A stretch of 46,584 nt of DNA from NCBI GenBank assembly GCA_036270565.1, contig DATBCJ010000090.1, forward strand, positions 1-46,584. Reading direction: 5' to 3'. This DNA comes from Candidatus Dormiibacterota bacterium. Lineage in GTDB: Bacteria; Chloroflexota; Dormibacteria; Aeolococcales; Aeolococcaceae. Below, in pieces: positions 16,097 through 24,962 of this stretch (within the stretch, counting starts at the first letter, position 1; each line of letters begins with the position of its first letter). Position numbers and translations under genes: made by a program. The notes under the pieces were generated by a model. It worked only from the letters and a program-made list of their open reading frames with translations, had not been told where the DNA came from and searched no databases.

Positions 16097-17188
16097 TCAA
16101 ACGTTGAAGCGGAAGTGCACCACGTCTCCGTCCTGGACGACGTAGTCCTTGCCCTCGAGGCGCTGCTTGCCCTGCTCACGGAGCGCCAGGTATGAGCCGG
16201 CGGCGAGCAGGTCCTCCACCGCGGAGACCTCGGCGCGGATGAATCCGCGGGCGAAGTCGGTGTGGATGCTGCCCGCGGCGTCGATGGCGGTCAGGCCCTT
16301 GCGCAGCTCCCAGGCCCTGACCTCCTTCTCACCCGCGGTGAAGAAGGTGACCAGGTCGAGCATCCGGTAGGCACGCTGGGCGAGGCGCTCGAGCCCGGGC
16401 TCCTCGATGCCGAGGTCGGCGAGGAACGTGGCCCTGTCGGCGGGCTCGAGCTCGGCCAGCTCGGCCTCGATCCGTGCCGAGATGGCGATCGCCTCGCCCC
16501 CGCTCTCCGCGGCGCGCCGCCGGATGGCCTCGGGGACCTCCGCGCGTGCCGCCGACTCCTCGGCCACGTTGACCACGACCACCAGGGGCGTGGCGGTCAG
16601 CAGCCAGAGGTCATGAAGCTGGTCGCGCTCGGACGCGCTCAGCCGCATGGTGCGCACCGGCCGGCCGGCGTCGAGATGATCGCGAACCCGGCTCAGCAGC
16701 GCGATCGTCTCGACCGCCTTCTCCTTCTGCAGGCGCACCGTCTTCTCGGCCCTGTCGAGCCGCTTGGTGACGGTGTCGAGGTCGGCGAGCTGGAGCTCGA
16801 GCTCTATGACCTCGATGTCGCGAACCGGGTCGACGTCGCCCTCGACGTGGGTGACGTCGGCGTCCTCGAAGCTGCGCACCACCATGGCGATGGCGTCGCA
16901 TTCACGAATGTGGCCGAGGAACCGGTTGCCCAGGCCCTCGCCGCGGCTGGCGCCGCGCACCAGGCCGGCGATGTCCGTGAACGTCACGGTTGCCGGGATC
17001 ACCTTGGGTGGCTTGAACAGGTCCGCCAGGCGCTGCAGCCGCTGGTCGGGAACGGCGACCACCCCGGTGTTGGGTTCGATGGTGGTGAAGGGGTAGTTGC
17101 CCACCTGCGCACCGGCCATGGTGAGGGCGTTGAAGAGGGTGGACTTGCCCGCGTTGGGAAGCCCGACGATGCCCACCGACAGGCTCAC
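16097..17188 (-). CDS. ychF: Redox-regulated ribosome-binding ATPase YchF
   Basis: From the GTG at 17188 the protein reads VSLSVGIVGLPNAGKSTLFNALT...NYPFTTIEPN...DIAGLV, with C-terminal FFTAGEKEVRAWELRKG..A..AAG.IHTDFARGFIRAEV. The start overlaps the ask stop (GTGA at 17185-17188). Confidence 0.95.
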   Translation of the reverse strand: MSLSVGIVGLPNAGKSTLFNALTMAGAQVGNYPFTTIEPNTGVVAVPDQRLQRLADLFKPPKVIPATVTFTDIAGLVRGASRGEGLGNRFLGHIRECDAIAMVVRSFEDADVTHVEGDVDPVRDIEVIELELQLADLDTVTKRLDRAEKTVRLQKEKAVETIALLSRVRDHLDAGRPVRTMRLSASERDQLHDLWLLTATPLVVVVNVAEESAARAEVPEAIRRRAAESGGEAIAISARIEAELAELEPADRATFLADLGIEEPGLERLAQRAYRMLDLVTFFTAGEKEVRAWELRKGLTAIDAAGSIHTDFARGFIRAEVSAVEDLLAAGSYLALREQGKQRLEGKDYVVQDGDVVHFRFNV

Positions 17189-18402
17189 AGCAACTCGAGT
17201 TCGAAGGCGCGATGAAGGGCGCGCACCGCGTCCTCGACGCGGTTCCTGTCGATGATGCAGGTCACTCGGATCTCGCCGGTGCTGATCATGCGGATGTTGA
17301 TCTGCTCGCTCGCCAGCGTCTCGAAGATTCGCCCGAAGACGCCCGGCGAGCCGAGGATGCCGGTGCCGACCACGGTCACCTTGGCGATGTCCCGGTCGGT
17401 GTCGACCCCGGCCGCGCCCACGACCCCAGCGATGCGGTCGAGCACCGGCCGGGCCCGCGCCAGGTCGGACTCGGCGACGGTGAAGGACAGGTCGGTGTGG
17501 CCGGAATGACTGACGTTCTGGACGATGATGTCGACATTGACGTGGGCCTCGCCGAGCGGACCGAACACCGATGCGGCGATGCCGGGGCGATCGGGCACCC
17601 CGAGCAACGTCACCTTGGCGACGTCGATCTCGTGCGCGATGCCGCGCACCTTGGGGCGGTCTTCCATGTGTTGGTGCCTGCGTATCAGCGTGCCGGGACC
17701 GTCGCCGAAGGCCGAGCGCACCCGGATGGGCATGGAGTATGCCTCGCCGATCTCCACGGCCCGCGGGTGCATCACCCCTGCCCCGGCCGCGGCCAGCTCC
17801 AGCATCTCGTCGTAGTCGATGAACGCGATGGGGCGGGCGTCGGCGACCACCCGCGGGTCGGCGCTGTGGATGCCCTCGACGTCCGTGTAGATCTCGCATT
17901 CGGTGGCCTGCAGAGCCACCGCCAGCGCCACCGCCGTGGTGTCTGAGCCGCCGCGCCCCAGGGTGGTCACGTCGAGCTGCTCGGTGGCGCCCTGGAAGCC
18001 GGCCACCACGACAACGCGCCCGGCGGCGAGCTGTTCGATGACGCGCTGCGGGACGATGTCGGTGATGCGCGCGCGGCGGTGCGAACCGCTGGTGCGGATG
18101 CCGGCCTGCAGACCGGTCAGTGAGACGGCGTCCACCCCGCGGGCGTGCAGCGCCATGGCCAGCAGCGGCGCGGTCACAGTCTCCCCCGTGCTGAGCAACA
18201 TGTCCATCTCGCGCGATGGTGGGTTGTCGTCGAGCTGGTGTGCCAGCGCGATCAGCTCATCGGTGGTGTCGCCCATCGCGCTCACCACGACCACCACCCG
18301 CTCGGTGGTGGCCCGCGTCTGCGCCACGCGCTCGGCGACCATCTCCAGCCTGGCAACGCCGGCCAGGCTGCTGCCGCCGAACTTCTGCACGACCACGGTC
18401 AT
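17185..18402 (-). CDS. ask: Aspartate kinase
   Basis: From the ATG at 18402 the protein reads MTVVVQKFGGSSLAG...VVVVSAMGDTTDELI, with C-terminal ACT-type repeats. The start overlaps the thrB stop (ATGA at 18399-18402). The upstream 53 aa of the track ORF are rejected. Confidence 0.92.
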   Translation of the reverse strand: MTVVVQKFGGSSLAGVARLEMVAERVAQTRATTERVVVVVSAMGDTTDELIALAHQLDDNPPSREMDMLLSTGETVTAPLLAMALHARGVDAVSLTGLQAGIRTSGSHRRARITDIVPQRVIEQLAAGRVVVVAGFQGATEQLDVTTLGRGGSDTTAVALAVALQATECEIYTDVEGIHSADPRVVADARPIAFIDYDEMLELAAAGAGVMHPRAVEIGEAYSMPIRVRSAFGDGPGTLIRRHQHMEDRPKVRGIAHEIDVAKVTLLGVPDRPGIAASVFGPLGEAHVNVDIIVQNVSHSGHTDLSFTVAESDLARARPVLDRIAGVVGAAGVDTDRDIAKVTVVGTGILGSPGVFGRIFETLASEQINIRMISTGEIRVTCIIDRNRVEDAVRALHRAFELELL

Positions 18403-19307
18403 GCGCGCACCTCCACCCGCGAGCCGAAGTTGCGCGGGCGCAGCACCATCGCCGCGCCGGGCAGCGCCAGCCGCTGCGCCGCCGCCTCCAGCGCTCTGCC
18501 CACCGTCTCGGGAGCACGCGAGCACAGCGCCAGCACTGACGGTCCGGCGCCGGCGAGGCACGCTCCATCAGCGCCGGCGTCGTAGGCCGCCCTGATCAGG
18601 GCGCCCATCGCCGGGAGCAGGGCTGCGCGTTGGGGCTGGTGCCAGCGGTCGTCCATCGCGTCGCGCAGCGCCGCATAGTCGCGGAGCGCCACGGCGCGCA
18701 CCAGCAACGCGCAGCGCGATGCGTTGAAGATCGCGTCCTCCCGGGAGAGCTGCCGCGGAACAACCTCGCGGGCCTCGCGCGTGGTCAGCCGTTCAGTTGG
18801 CGCATACACCACAGCGTGCATCTCGTCGGGTGCGTCGATGCGCTGCACGGCAGCTCCGGGAGCGCAGATGACGAGGCCGCCAAGCAGCGCGGCCGCAAGG
18901 TTGTCCGCGTGTCCCTCGAAGCCCACGGCGCAGTCGAGGATCTGCCTCTCGTCCCACGGCGCACGGTGCAGCGCCACCGCGATCAGCACCCCGCTCAGCG
19001 TCCCCGCGGCGCTCGAACCCAGGCCGGCGGCGACGGGAATGGTGTTCGTGCAGCGCAGGTGCACACCGCGCTCTCTCTGCGGGACGCCGAGGCGCTCGCA
19101 CGCCTCCTCGTAGGCGCGCGCCACGAGGTTGTAATCGGGGTCGAGCAGCTCGGGGTTCGACCCCACCACCTCGATCTCGATGGTGACCGCTCCGTCGTCG
19201 GTGGCGGTGGCCACCACCTCGTTCTGGACCTGTAGCGCAAGCGCCAGCATGTCGAAGCCCGGGCCGAGGTTGGCCACGCTGGCGGGGACGCGAACGATGG
19301 CACGCAT
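18399..19307 (-). CDS. thrB: Homoserine kinase
   Basis: The 302 aa product has VPASVANLGPGFD and the GHMP motif IPVAAGLGSSAAG. Confidence 0.92.
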   Translation of the reverse strand: MRAIVRVPASVANLGPGFDMLALALQVQNEVVATATDDGAVTIEIEVVGSNPELLDPDYNLVARAYEEACERLGVPQRERGVHLRCTNTIPVAAGLGSSAAGTLSGVLIAVALHRAPWDERQILDCAVGFEGHADNLAAALLGGLVICAPGAAVQRIDAPDEMHAVVYAPTERLTTREAREVVPRQLSREDAIFNASRCALLVRAVALRDYAALRDAMDDRWHQPQRAALLPAMGALIRAAYDAGADGACLAGAGPSVLALCSRAPETVGRALEAAAQRLALPGAAMVLRPRNFGSRVEVRA

Positions 19308-20362
19308 CAGAGGCGCAGCGCCGTGGCGATCGACGCAGCGTCGGCCTTGACGGTGGTCGGCGGCGGCAGGCGCTGCACGGCCACGGCCGGGTCCTTGAGA
19401 CCGTTCCCTGTCAGCACGCAGACCACAGATGCGCCCGGCGCAACCGTGCCCTCGTGGACCGCCCGCCGCAGCGCCGCCAGCGCGGCGGCCGAAGCAGGCT
19501 CGCAGAACACGCCCTCCATGGTCGCCAGGTCACGCTGCGCCTCGAGGATGGCGTCATCGCTCACCGCCAGGATGGCGCCCTCGGACTGGTCGCGAGCGTC
19601 GACCGCCCCCTGCCACGACGCCGGGTTGCCGATGCGGATCGCCGTGGCCACCGTGTCCGGCGCCTCGATGGGATGGCCGACGACAAGCGGCGCCGCGCCC
19701 TCGGCCTGGGCGCCGATCATGCGGGGCAGGCGGGTGCACAGACCGGCGGCGCGGTACTCGCGGAACCCGCGCCAGTACGCGGTGATGTTGCCTGCGTTGC
19801 CGACAGGTATGGCCACAACATCGGGGGCGTCGCCGAGCTCGTCGAGCACCTCGAAGGCGGCTGTCTTCTGGCCCTCGATGCGGTGCGGGTTGACGGAGTT
19901 GACGAGCGTGAACGGCAGCGCCTGCGCCAGGGCGCGCACCGCGGCCAGGGCAGCGTCGAAGTTGCCGTCGACGGCCAGCACCTCGGCGCCGTGCACCTGT
20001 GCCTGCACCAGCTTGCCCATGGCGATCCTCCCCGAGGGGATGACGACGACGGTGCGAAGACCGAAGCGCGCCCCATACGCGGCCGCCGACGCCGATGTGT
20101 TGCCGGTGCTGGCGCACACCAGCGCGGCGCTGCCCGCCTGCAGGGCGCGCGCCACCGCCACCACCATGCCGCGGTCTTTGAATGAGCCGGTGGGGTTGAG
20201 TCCCTCCAGCTTGAGGTGGACGCTGCGCAGGCCGAGCTGATCGCGCAGCCGCGGCGCCTCGATCAGCGGGGTCTCCCCCTCGAAGAGGGTGATGCGCGGT
20301 GTCTCGGCGGTGATCGGCAGGCGGGCCGCGTAGCGCGCGATGACGCCGCTGCGGATCGGCAT
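19307..20362 (-). CDS. thrC: Threonine synthase
   Basis: The 351 aa product has the PLP-lysine motif LEGLNPTGSFKDRGM. It shares 1 nt overlaps with hom (upstream) and thrB (downstream). Confidence 0.92.
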   Translation of the reverse strand: MPIRSGVIARYAARLPITAETPRITLFEGETPLIEAPRLRDQLGLRSVHLKLEGLNPTGSFKDRGMVVAVARALQAGSAALVCASTGNTSASAAAYGARFGLRTVVVIPSGRIAMGKLVQAQVHGAEVLAVDGNFDAALAAVRALAQALPFTLVNSVNPHRIEGQKTAAFEVLDELGDAPDVVAIPVGNAGNITAYWRGFREYRAAGLCTRLPRMIGAQAEGAAPLVVGHPIEAPDTVATAIRIGNPASWQGAVDARDQSEGAILAVSDDAILEAQRDLATMEGVFCEPASAAALAALRRAVHEGTVAPGASVVCVLTGNGLKDPAVAVQRLPPPTTVKADAASIATALRL

Positions 20363-21636
20363 CAGCCGGGGCCCAGGGCGTCCATGACTGCAACGACGGC
20401 GTCGACCGCCGCCAGCGAGTCGAGGGTCTCGGTGGCGTGCTCGAGCAGCTCGCCCCCGACCGGCCCGGTCAGCACGGCGAGTTGCGTCTCGCCCTCGCCC
20501 TGCGGCACCACCGAGCCCACCACGACGACACCCCGGTCCTCCAGGGCCTGGGTCACCAGCGCCGGGGCATCGGGCACGTCGGCGAGGCGCACCCGGACGT
20601 AGGCGCCGCGCTCGACAGCGGCGGGATCGGGAGCAGGCAGCCGGCGGGTCGCGACACGCGGTGGCTGGTGGGGCGCGCTGACCGACGCGACCACGTCGGA
20701 CACCACCGCGCTCGCTGTGCTGTCACCACCACCGCCGAGCCCGCTCACCATGACCCAGCCGGCGAGGTCGGCGGTGACCACCAGGGCGTTGTCGGCGTCG
20801 TCGACACCGTGCAGGGGGTGGCCGGCCAGCACCAGGGTGGGCCGCACCGACAACGCCACGCCGTCGCCGCCGAGCGCGGCCTGGGCGACCAGCTTGATGC
20901 TCCCTCCCAGGCTCCGCGCACACCAGATGTCAAGCGTGTCGACAGCCGCGATGCCGGTGCGGTCCACATCGTCCGGGATGAAGGCGGCGTCGAAGGCCAG
21001 CCGGCTGAGAAGCACCAGCTTGGCGGCGGCGTCGTGGCCATCGATGTCGGCGCTCGGGTCGGCCTCGGCGAAGCCGCGCCGCTGCGCCTGGCCGAGCGCC
21101 GCCGCCAGGCTCATGCCCTCGCGCTCCATCGCGCTCAGGATGATGTTGGTGGTGCCGTTGATGATCATCTGCAGCCCGCTGATCCGGTCACCACGCAGGC
21201 TGTCGTTGAGCAGCGCCACCGCGGGCATGCCACCTCCCGCCGCGGCCTCGTAGCGCAGCGACACCTCGAGTTGGTTCGCCAGTGCACACAGTTCGAGCCC
21301 GTGCGCGGCCAGGGCCGCCTTGTTGGCGGTCACCACCGGCTTGTGCTGTCGCAGGGCTCGCTCCATCAGGGAGCTGGCGCGATCGACGCCGCCCATCACC
21401 TCGACGACGACGGTGACCGCGTCGTCGTCGACCAACGCCTCGGCGTCTCCATCCAGGCGCACCGCGGGCAGCGCGAGGTCGCGCGGGCGAGCCGGGTCGC
21501 GCACCGCGACGCGGCGCAGCACCGGGATGGCCCCGGCGCGCTCGCCGAGCAATTCCCACTCGCCGACCAGCCGGCGCGCCACCGCCGACCCCACCGTGCC
21601 GAGCCCGATCAGCCCAATTCCAACGTCCCTGGCCAT
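20362..21636 (-). CDS. hom: Homoserine dehydrogenase
   Basis: The 424 aa product has the N-terminal GLIGLGTVGSAV Rossmann motif, a central catalytic region (TANKA...) and a C-terminal ACT-like domain. Confidence 0.9.
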   Translation of the reverse strand: MARDVGIGLIGLGTVGSAVARRLVGEWELLGERAGAIPVLRRVAVRDPARPRDLALPAVRLDGDAEALVDDDAVTVVVEVMGGVDRASSLMERALRQHKPVVTANKAALAAHGLELCALANQLEVSLRYEAAAGGGMPAVALLNDSLRGDRISGLQMIINGTTNIILSAMEREGMSLAAALGQAQRRGFAEADPSADIDGHDAAAKLVLLSRLAFDAAFIPDDVDRTGIAAVDTLDIWCARSLGGSIKLVAQAALGGDGVALSVRPTLVLAGHPLHGVDDADNALVVTADLAGWVMVSGLGGGGDSTASAVVSDVVASVSAPHQPPRVATRRLPAPDPAAVERGAYVRVRLADVPDAPALVTQALEDRGVVVVGSVVPQGEGETQLAVLTGPVGGELLEHATETLDSLAAVDAVVAVMDALGPG

Positions 21637-21668
21637 CGCCGCTGGAGTCTAGGGGCGGTGCGGTTGGC

Positions 21669-22268
21669 TCAGATCAGGTGCCGCTTCCACGCCTGCAGGA
21701 CTGCGGCGGCGCGGTCGCGGCAGTCGAGCTTGGTGAAGATGTTGCTGACGTGCGTCTTGACGGTGTTCTCGCTGACGAACAGGGCGGCGGCGATCTGGGC
21801 GTTGTTGTGGCCGTCCGCCATGAGCCGGAGCACCTCGAACTCGCGGGTGGTGAGGCCACCGTCGTCGTGCGCGGGGTCCACCATCGCCGGGTCGAGCAGC
21901 GATTCCCCCGCCGCCACCGCCCGGATCGCACCCGCAAGCTCCTCACGCGAGGAGTCCTTGAGAAGGTATCCGCGAGCGCCGGCACGCAGGGATGGAAAGA
22001 TGTAGTCCTCGTTGCGATAGGTGGTGAGCACGATGACCCGCGCCTCGGGGTCGTCGGAGCGGATCCGGCGCAGCGCCTCGAGGCCGTCGAGCACCGGCAT
22101 CTGCACGTCGAGCAGGGTGATGTCGGGACGTTCGCGGCGCGCCATCGACACGGCCTCCTCGCCGTCCGCGGCCCAGGCGACCACGACGATGTCGTCCTCG
22201 AGCTCGAGCATGGTGATCAGCCCCTGGCGTACCACGGGGTGATCGTCGGCGACGAGCACCCGGATCAC
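21669..22268 (-). CDS. NarL/LuxR-family response regulator
   Basis: The 199 aa product has a receiver domain (VLVADDHP..., phospho-acceptor context ITLLDVQMP) and a LuxR HTH (TTREFEVLRLMADGHNNAQIAAALFVSENTVKTHVSNIFTKL). The GTG start overlaps the kinase stop (GTGA at 22265-22268). Confidence 0.92.
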   Translation of the reverse strand: MIRVLVADDHPVVRQGLITMLELEDDIVVVAWAADGEEAVSMARRERPDITLLDVQMPVLDGLEALRRIRSDDPEARVIVLTTYRNEDYIFPSLRAGARGYLLKDSSREELAGAIRAVAAGESLLDPAMVDPAHDDGGLTTREFEVLRLMADGHNNAQIAAALFVSENTVKTHVSNIFTKLDCRDRAAAVLQAWKRHLI

Positions 22269-24799
22269 GCGCTGGCCGCCGCCGGCTGCGGCGCTTCGAG
22301 CGGAACGCGCACCGAGACGCGGGTGCCGCCGTGTGGCCGGCTGGCGATCTGCAGGTCGGCGCCGATGAGGCGGGCGCGTTCGCGCATCCCCACCAGGCCG
22401 AAGCTGCCGGCCGTGGACCCGTCCAGCCCCTCCTCGTCGACGTTGAAGCCGGCGCCGTCGTCGCTGATCGACAGGATCAGCTCGCCCTCGCTGGCCCGCA
22501 GCTCGACCTCGACGAGGTGCGCGTGGCTGTGATGACCGGCGTTCGCCAGCGCCTCCTGGAGGATCCGGAAGACGGCGACCTCCGACTGCGGGGCCAGCGC
22601 CAGCGCACGCGGGACGCCGTCGTTGCGGACCGTGACCGCGATGCCGCTGCGCGTCCCGAACCGCTCCGCCTCAAGCGCCACCGCGGCGGTCAGGCCGGCG
22701 GCCTCCAACGGCGTCGGTCGCAGGTTCCACACGCTGCGCCGCGCCTCCTGCAGGGCCAGGCGAGCCTGCTCGCGCGCCGCGACCACGAGGTCGCGGGTGC
22801 GCTCCCCGCGGTTGCGACTCTGCATCGCCTCAGCCGCCTCGAGCTGGAGGACGATGCCGGTGAGCTGCTGCGCCAGGGTGTCGTGGATCTCCCTGGCCAG
22901 GCGGGTACGCTCCTCGAGGACGGCGAGCTCGCGCCCCTCCTCCGCGAACCGGGCGGTTCGCAGGGCAAGCCCAACCTGGTCGGCGACGGCCCCCAGCAGG
23001 ATGCGGATGCGTTCCGGCACCTGGACGGAGGAGGGCACCAGCGCCGCCAGCGCCCCGAGCGGCGCTCCGCCGGCGGCGACGGGGATGGCCACGACCCGCC
23101 CGGCGGACGATTGGCGCACCGTCAGGGACCCACCACCGACGGCGACGGCGACGCCCTCGGCCATCTCGTCGGCCGCATCACCGAGCCTGGCCGGGTGGTG
23201 GGTGACCAGCTTGGGCAGGTCGTCGACCATGGTGTAGCCGGCGGCCGCGGACACCGGGAGGATCACCCGCACCGCCTCGACGGCGCCGCTGAGCAGCTCT
23301 GCGGGGTCGAGCGACCGCGTCAGGGTGGCGGCGAGGGCGTTGAGAGCGACCAGCTCCTCGTTGCGGTCGCGCAGCTCCTCGGTGCGCTCGGCGACGCGTC
23401 CCTCGAGCTCCCGGGCCGCGGCCAGGAGCGCCTCCCGCGAGGTGTTGATCTCGCGGCGCATTCGCTCCAGGGCTTCGCTGAGCAGGCCGACCTCGTCGTC
23501 GCCCTGGCGCGGCACGGGCTCGTCGGTGTGTCCCTGGGCGAGCCGTTCAGCGGAGGTCGTCAGGGCTCGCACCGGGCCAACCAGGCGCCGGGAGAAGAGC
23601 GCGGCCAGGGCGACCGCGATCACCCCGATGACCACCGCCAGCGGCAGCAGCTGGAGCAACAGGATGCGGCGCACGCCGTTGCGGATGCCGTCCCCCAGGG
23701 AGGCGGCGGCGGGGGCGAGATCGCGGGTCGGCACGACGGTGGCCAGCGTCCAGCGCACGTCATTCACCGGGGCGGTGAACAGCTCGCGGGGGACGCCTCC
23801 GATGGTGGCGTGGATGATCGGCGGGTTGTGGGTGGTCAGCTGCTGGAGCGAGACCCCCGGTGCGCTGAAAGGGGTGCCCTCGAAGCCGCTGGCCAGGCCG
23901 AAGTCGGTGATCGCACCGCTGCCGCCGCTGAGCCAGCGTCCGCTGCGGCTGAGCAGCACCGGGTAGGCGTCCGGGAGCGTCGACACCGAGGGCGGCAGCA
24001 TCCCGGCGATGGCGGCGCTGGAGAGCTCGGCACCGACGAGCAGGTCGCTGTTCGAGGGCAGCGCGGTCCACAGGGTCACCGAGGAGCCGCTGGTGAACGC
24101 CGCCGTGTCGATGTCGCTCCACGCCGGGTACACGGGGGCCTTGGCGGCGTCACCGCCGACCGTGGCGACGGCGGCCTTGAGCTGACGATCGAGCAGGCGG
24201 ACCGGGTCGATGCGGTCGTTCTCGAGCAGGGTGGTCAGCGACGCGACGTCGACGACCGGCGTCTCGACGAGCTGGTGGTTGCTCTGGCTGTAGAGCCACA
24301 CCGCGCTCACCGGGTGCCGCTTGCGCAGCGCGTCGAGGGCTGTGGCGATGGCGGGGCGGCTTCCGTCGAGCGGGTCGGCCACGCTGTTCGCGCCCCGGAG
24401 GAGAGGGCTCGAGGATCCCACCAGCGTCACCGCCGGCCCTCCCGGGGCGAGCAGGCGCGCCCCGCCGGAGATCGGCTGGCTGGGCCGAACCGCGCCGCGG
24501 CTGTCCTTGACCAGGGGATCGATCGTCGCCGCGACCTGGGCGACGTCGGTGCCAAGGCTGTCGAGAACGGATTGGACCGTGCCCGCGCCGTCGATCGCCG
24601 CACTGCTCTCGCGCTGCTCGGCGTCGGCGACGATGGTGCTGTGGGCCTCGTCGACGGTGGTCTGGTTGACCGCGGCGAGCTCCGCGCCGACCAGTGCCGT
24701 CAGCGCCGCCAGGGGCAGCAGCGCCACGGCGAGCATGGCGATGAGGATCCGCCGGTTCAGCCGGCGCGATCGCGACATTGGCGCGAACAAACGGTTCAT
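22265..24799 (-). CDS. Sensor histidine kinase: TM, large extracytoplasmic domain, TM, HAMP, GAF-like, HisKA_3, HATPase
   Basis: The protein has two TM segments (ILIAMLAVALLPLAALTALVG and LLLQLLPLAVVIGVIAVALAALF). The HAMP region reads ...DDEVGLLSEALERMRREI and the HisKA_3 box reads ERTRLAREIHDTLAQQL, followed by a C-terminal ATPase (DDGAGF). I prefer the ATG at 24799 (MNRLFAPMSR...). A TATACT hexamer (complement of 24813-24818) sits inside the longer track ORF (start 24850), which would place that start upstream of the promoter. Confidence 0.85.
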   Translation of the reverse strand: MNRLFAPMSRSRRLNRRILIAMLAVALLPLAALTALVGAELAAVNQTTVDEAHSTIVADAEQRESSAAIDGAGTVQSVLDSLGTDVAQVAATIDPLVKDSRGAVRPSQPISGGARLLAPGGPAVTLVGSSSPLLRGANSVADPLDGSRPAIATALDALRKRHPVSAVWLYSQSNHQLVETPVVDVASLTTLLENDRIDPVRLLDRQLKAAVATVGGDAAKAPVYPAWSDIDTAAFTSGSSVTLWTALPSNSDLLVGAELSSAAIAGMLPPSVSTLPDAYPVLLSRSGRWLSGGSGAITDFGLASGFEGTPFSAPGVSLQQLTTHNPPIIHATIGGVPRELFTAPVNDVRWTLATVVPTRDLAPAAASLGDGIRNGVRRILLLQLLPLAVVIGVIAVALAALFSRRLVGPVRALTTSAERLAQGHTDEPVPRQGDDEVGLLSEALERMRREINTSREALLAAARELEGRVAERTEELRDRNEELVALNALAATLTRSLDPAELLSGAVEAVRVILPVSAAAGYTMVDDLPKLVTHHPARLGDAADEMAEGVAVAVGGGSLTVRQSSAGRVVAIPVAAGGAPLGALAALVPSSVQVPERIRILLGAVADQVGLALRTARFAEEGRELAVLEERTRLAREIHDTLAQQLTGIVLQLEAAEAMQSRNRGERTRDLVVAAREQARLALQEARRSVWNLRPTPLEAAGLTAAVALEAERFGTRSGIAVTVRNDGVPRALALAPQSEVAVFRILQEALANAGHHSHAHLVEVELRASEGELILSISDDGAGFNVDEEGLDGSTAGSFGLVGMRERARLIGADLQIASRPHGGTRVSVRVPLEAPQPAAASA

Positions 24800-24962
24800 G
24801 AAGCCGCTTCCGAGTATACGGTCGGCCCCGGCGCGCCCCGAAGAAATCATCCCAACGGGTGATGGCGGACCGGCGTGACCGCTGCCAGAATGCGGCCCCT
24901 AGCCGCCGCTGTGGGGTGGCAGTTGTTTGGCGCGGGACGGAGTGCCCGGCCGGGAGAGGCGC

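Noticed and set aside
15816-16100. 94 aa minus-strand ORF (internal ATG at 16028 gives MPGACCPWFLVEEDAPPTSCGS...) inside the structured intergenic region
   Set aside because: It has a TTG start overlapping the ychF stop, or an ATG with the SD-like GGAG directly abutting it. GC3 falls well below that of neighbouring genes after the first ~16 codons, and the reading frame runs through the perfect hairpins. It is more likely non-coding, although a small Cys-rich peptide cannot be fully excluded.
14163-18561. Long N-terminal extensions of the ArsA-like (to 15812), ychF (to 17899) and ask (to 18561) ORFs
   Set aside because: The extensions are Arg/Gly-rich, run across the upstream genes in another frame, and precede canonical family N-termini (VRVILYTGKGGVGKT, VSLSVGIVGLPNAGKS, MTVVVQKFGGSS). 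Those N-termini begin exactly at stop/start overlaps.
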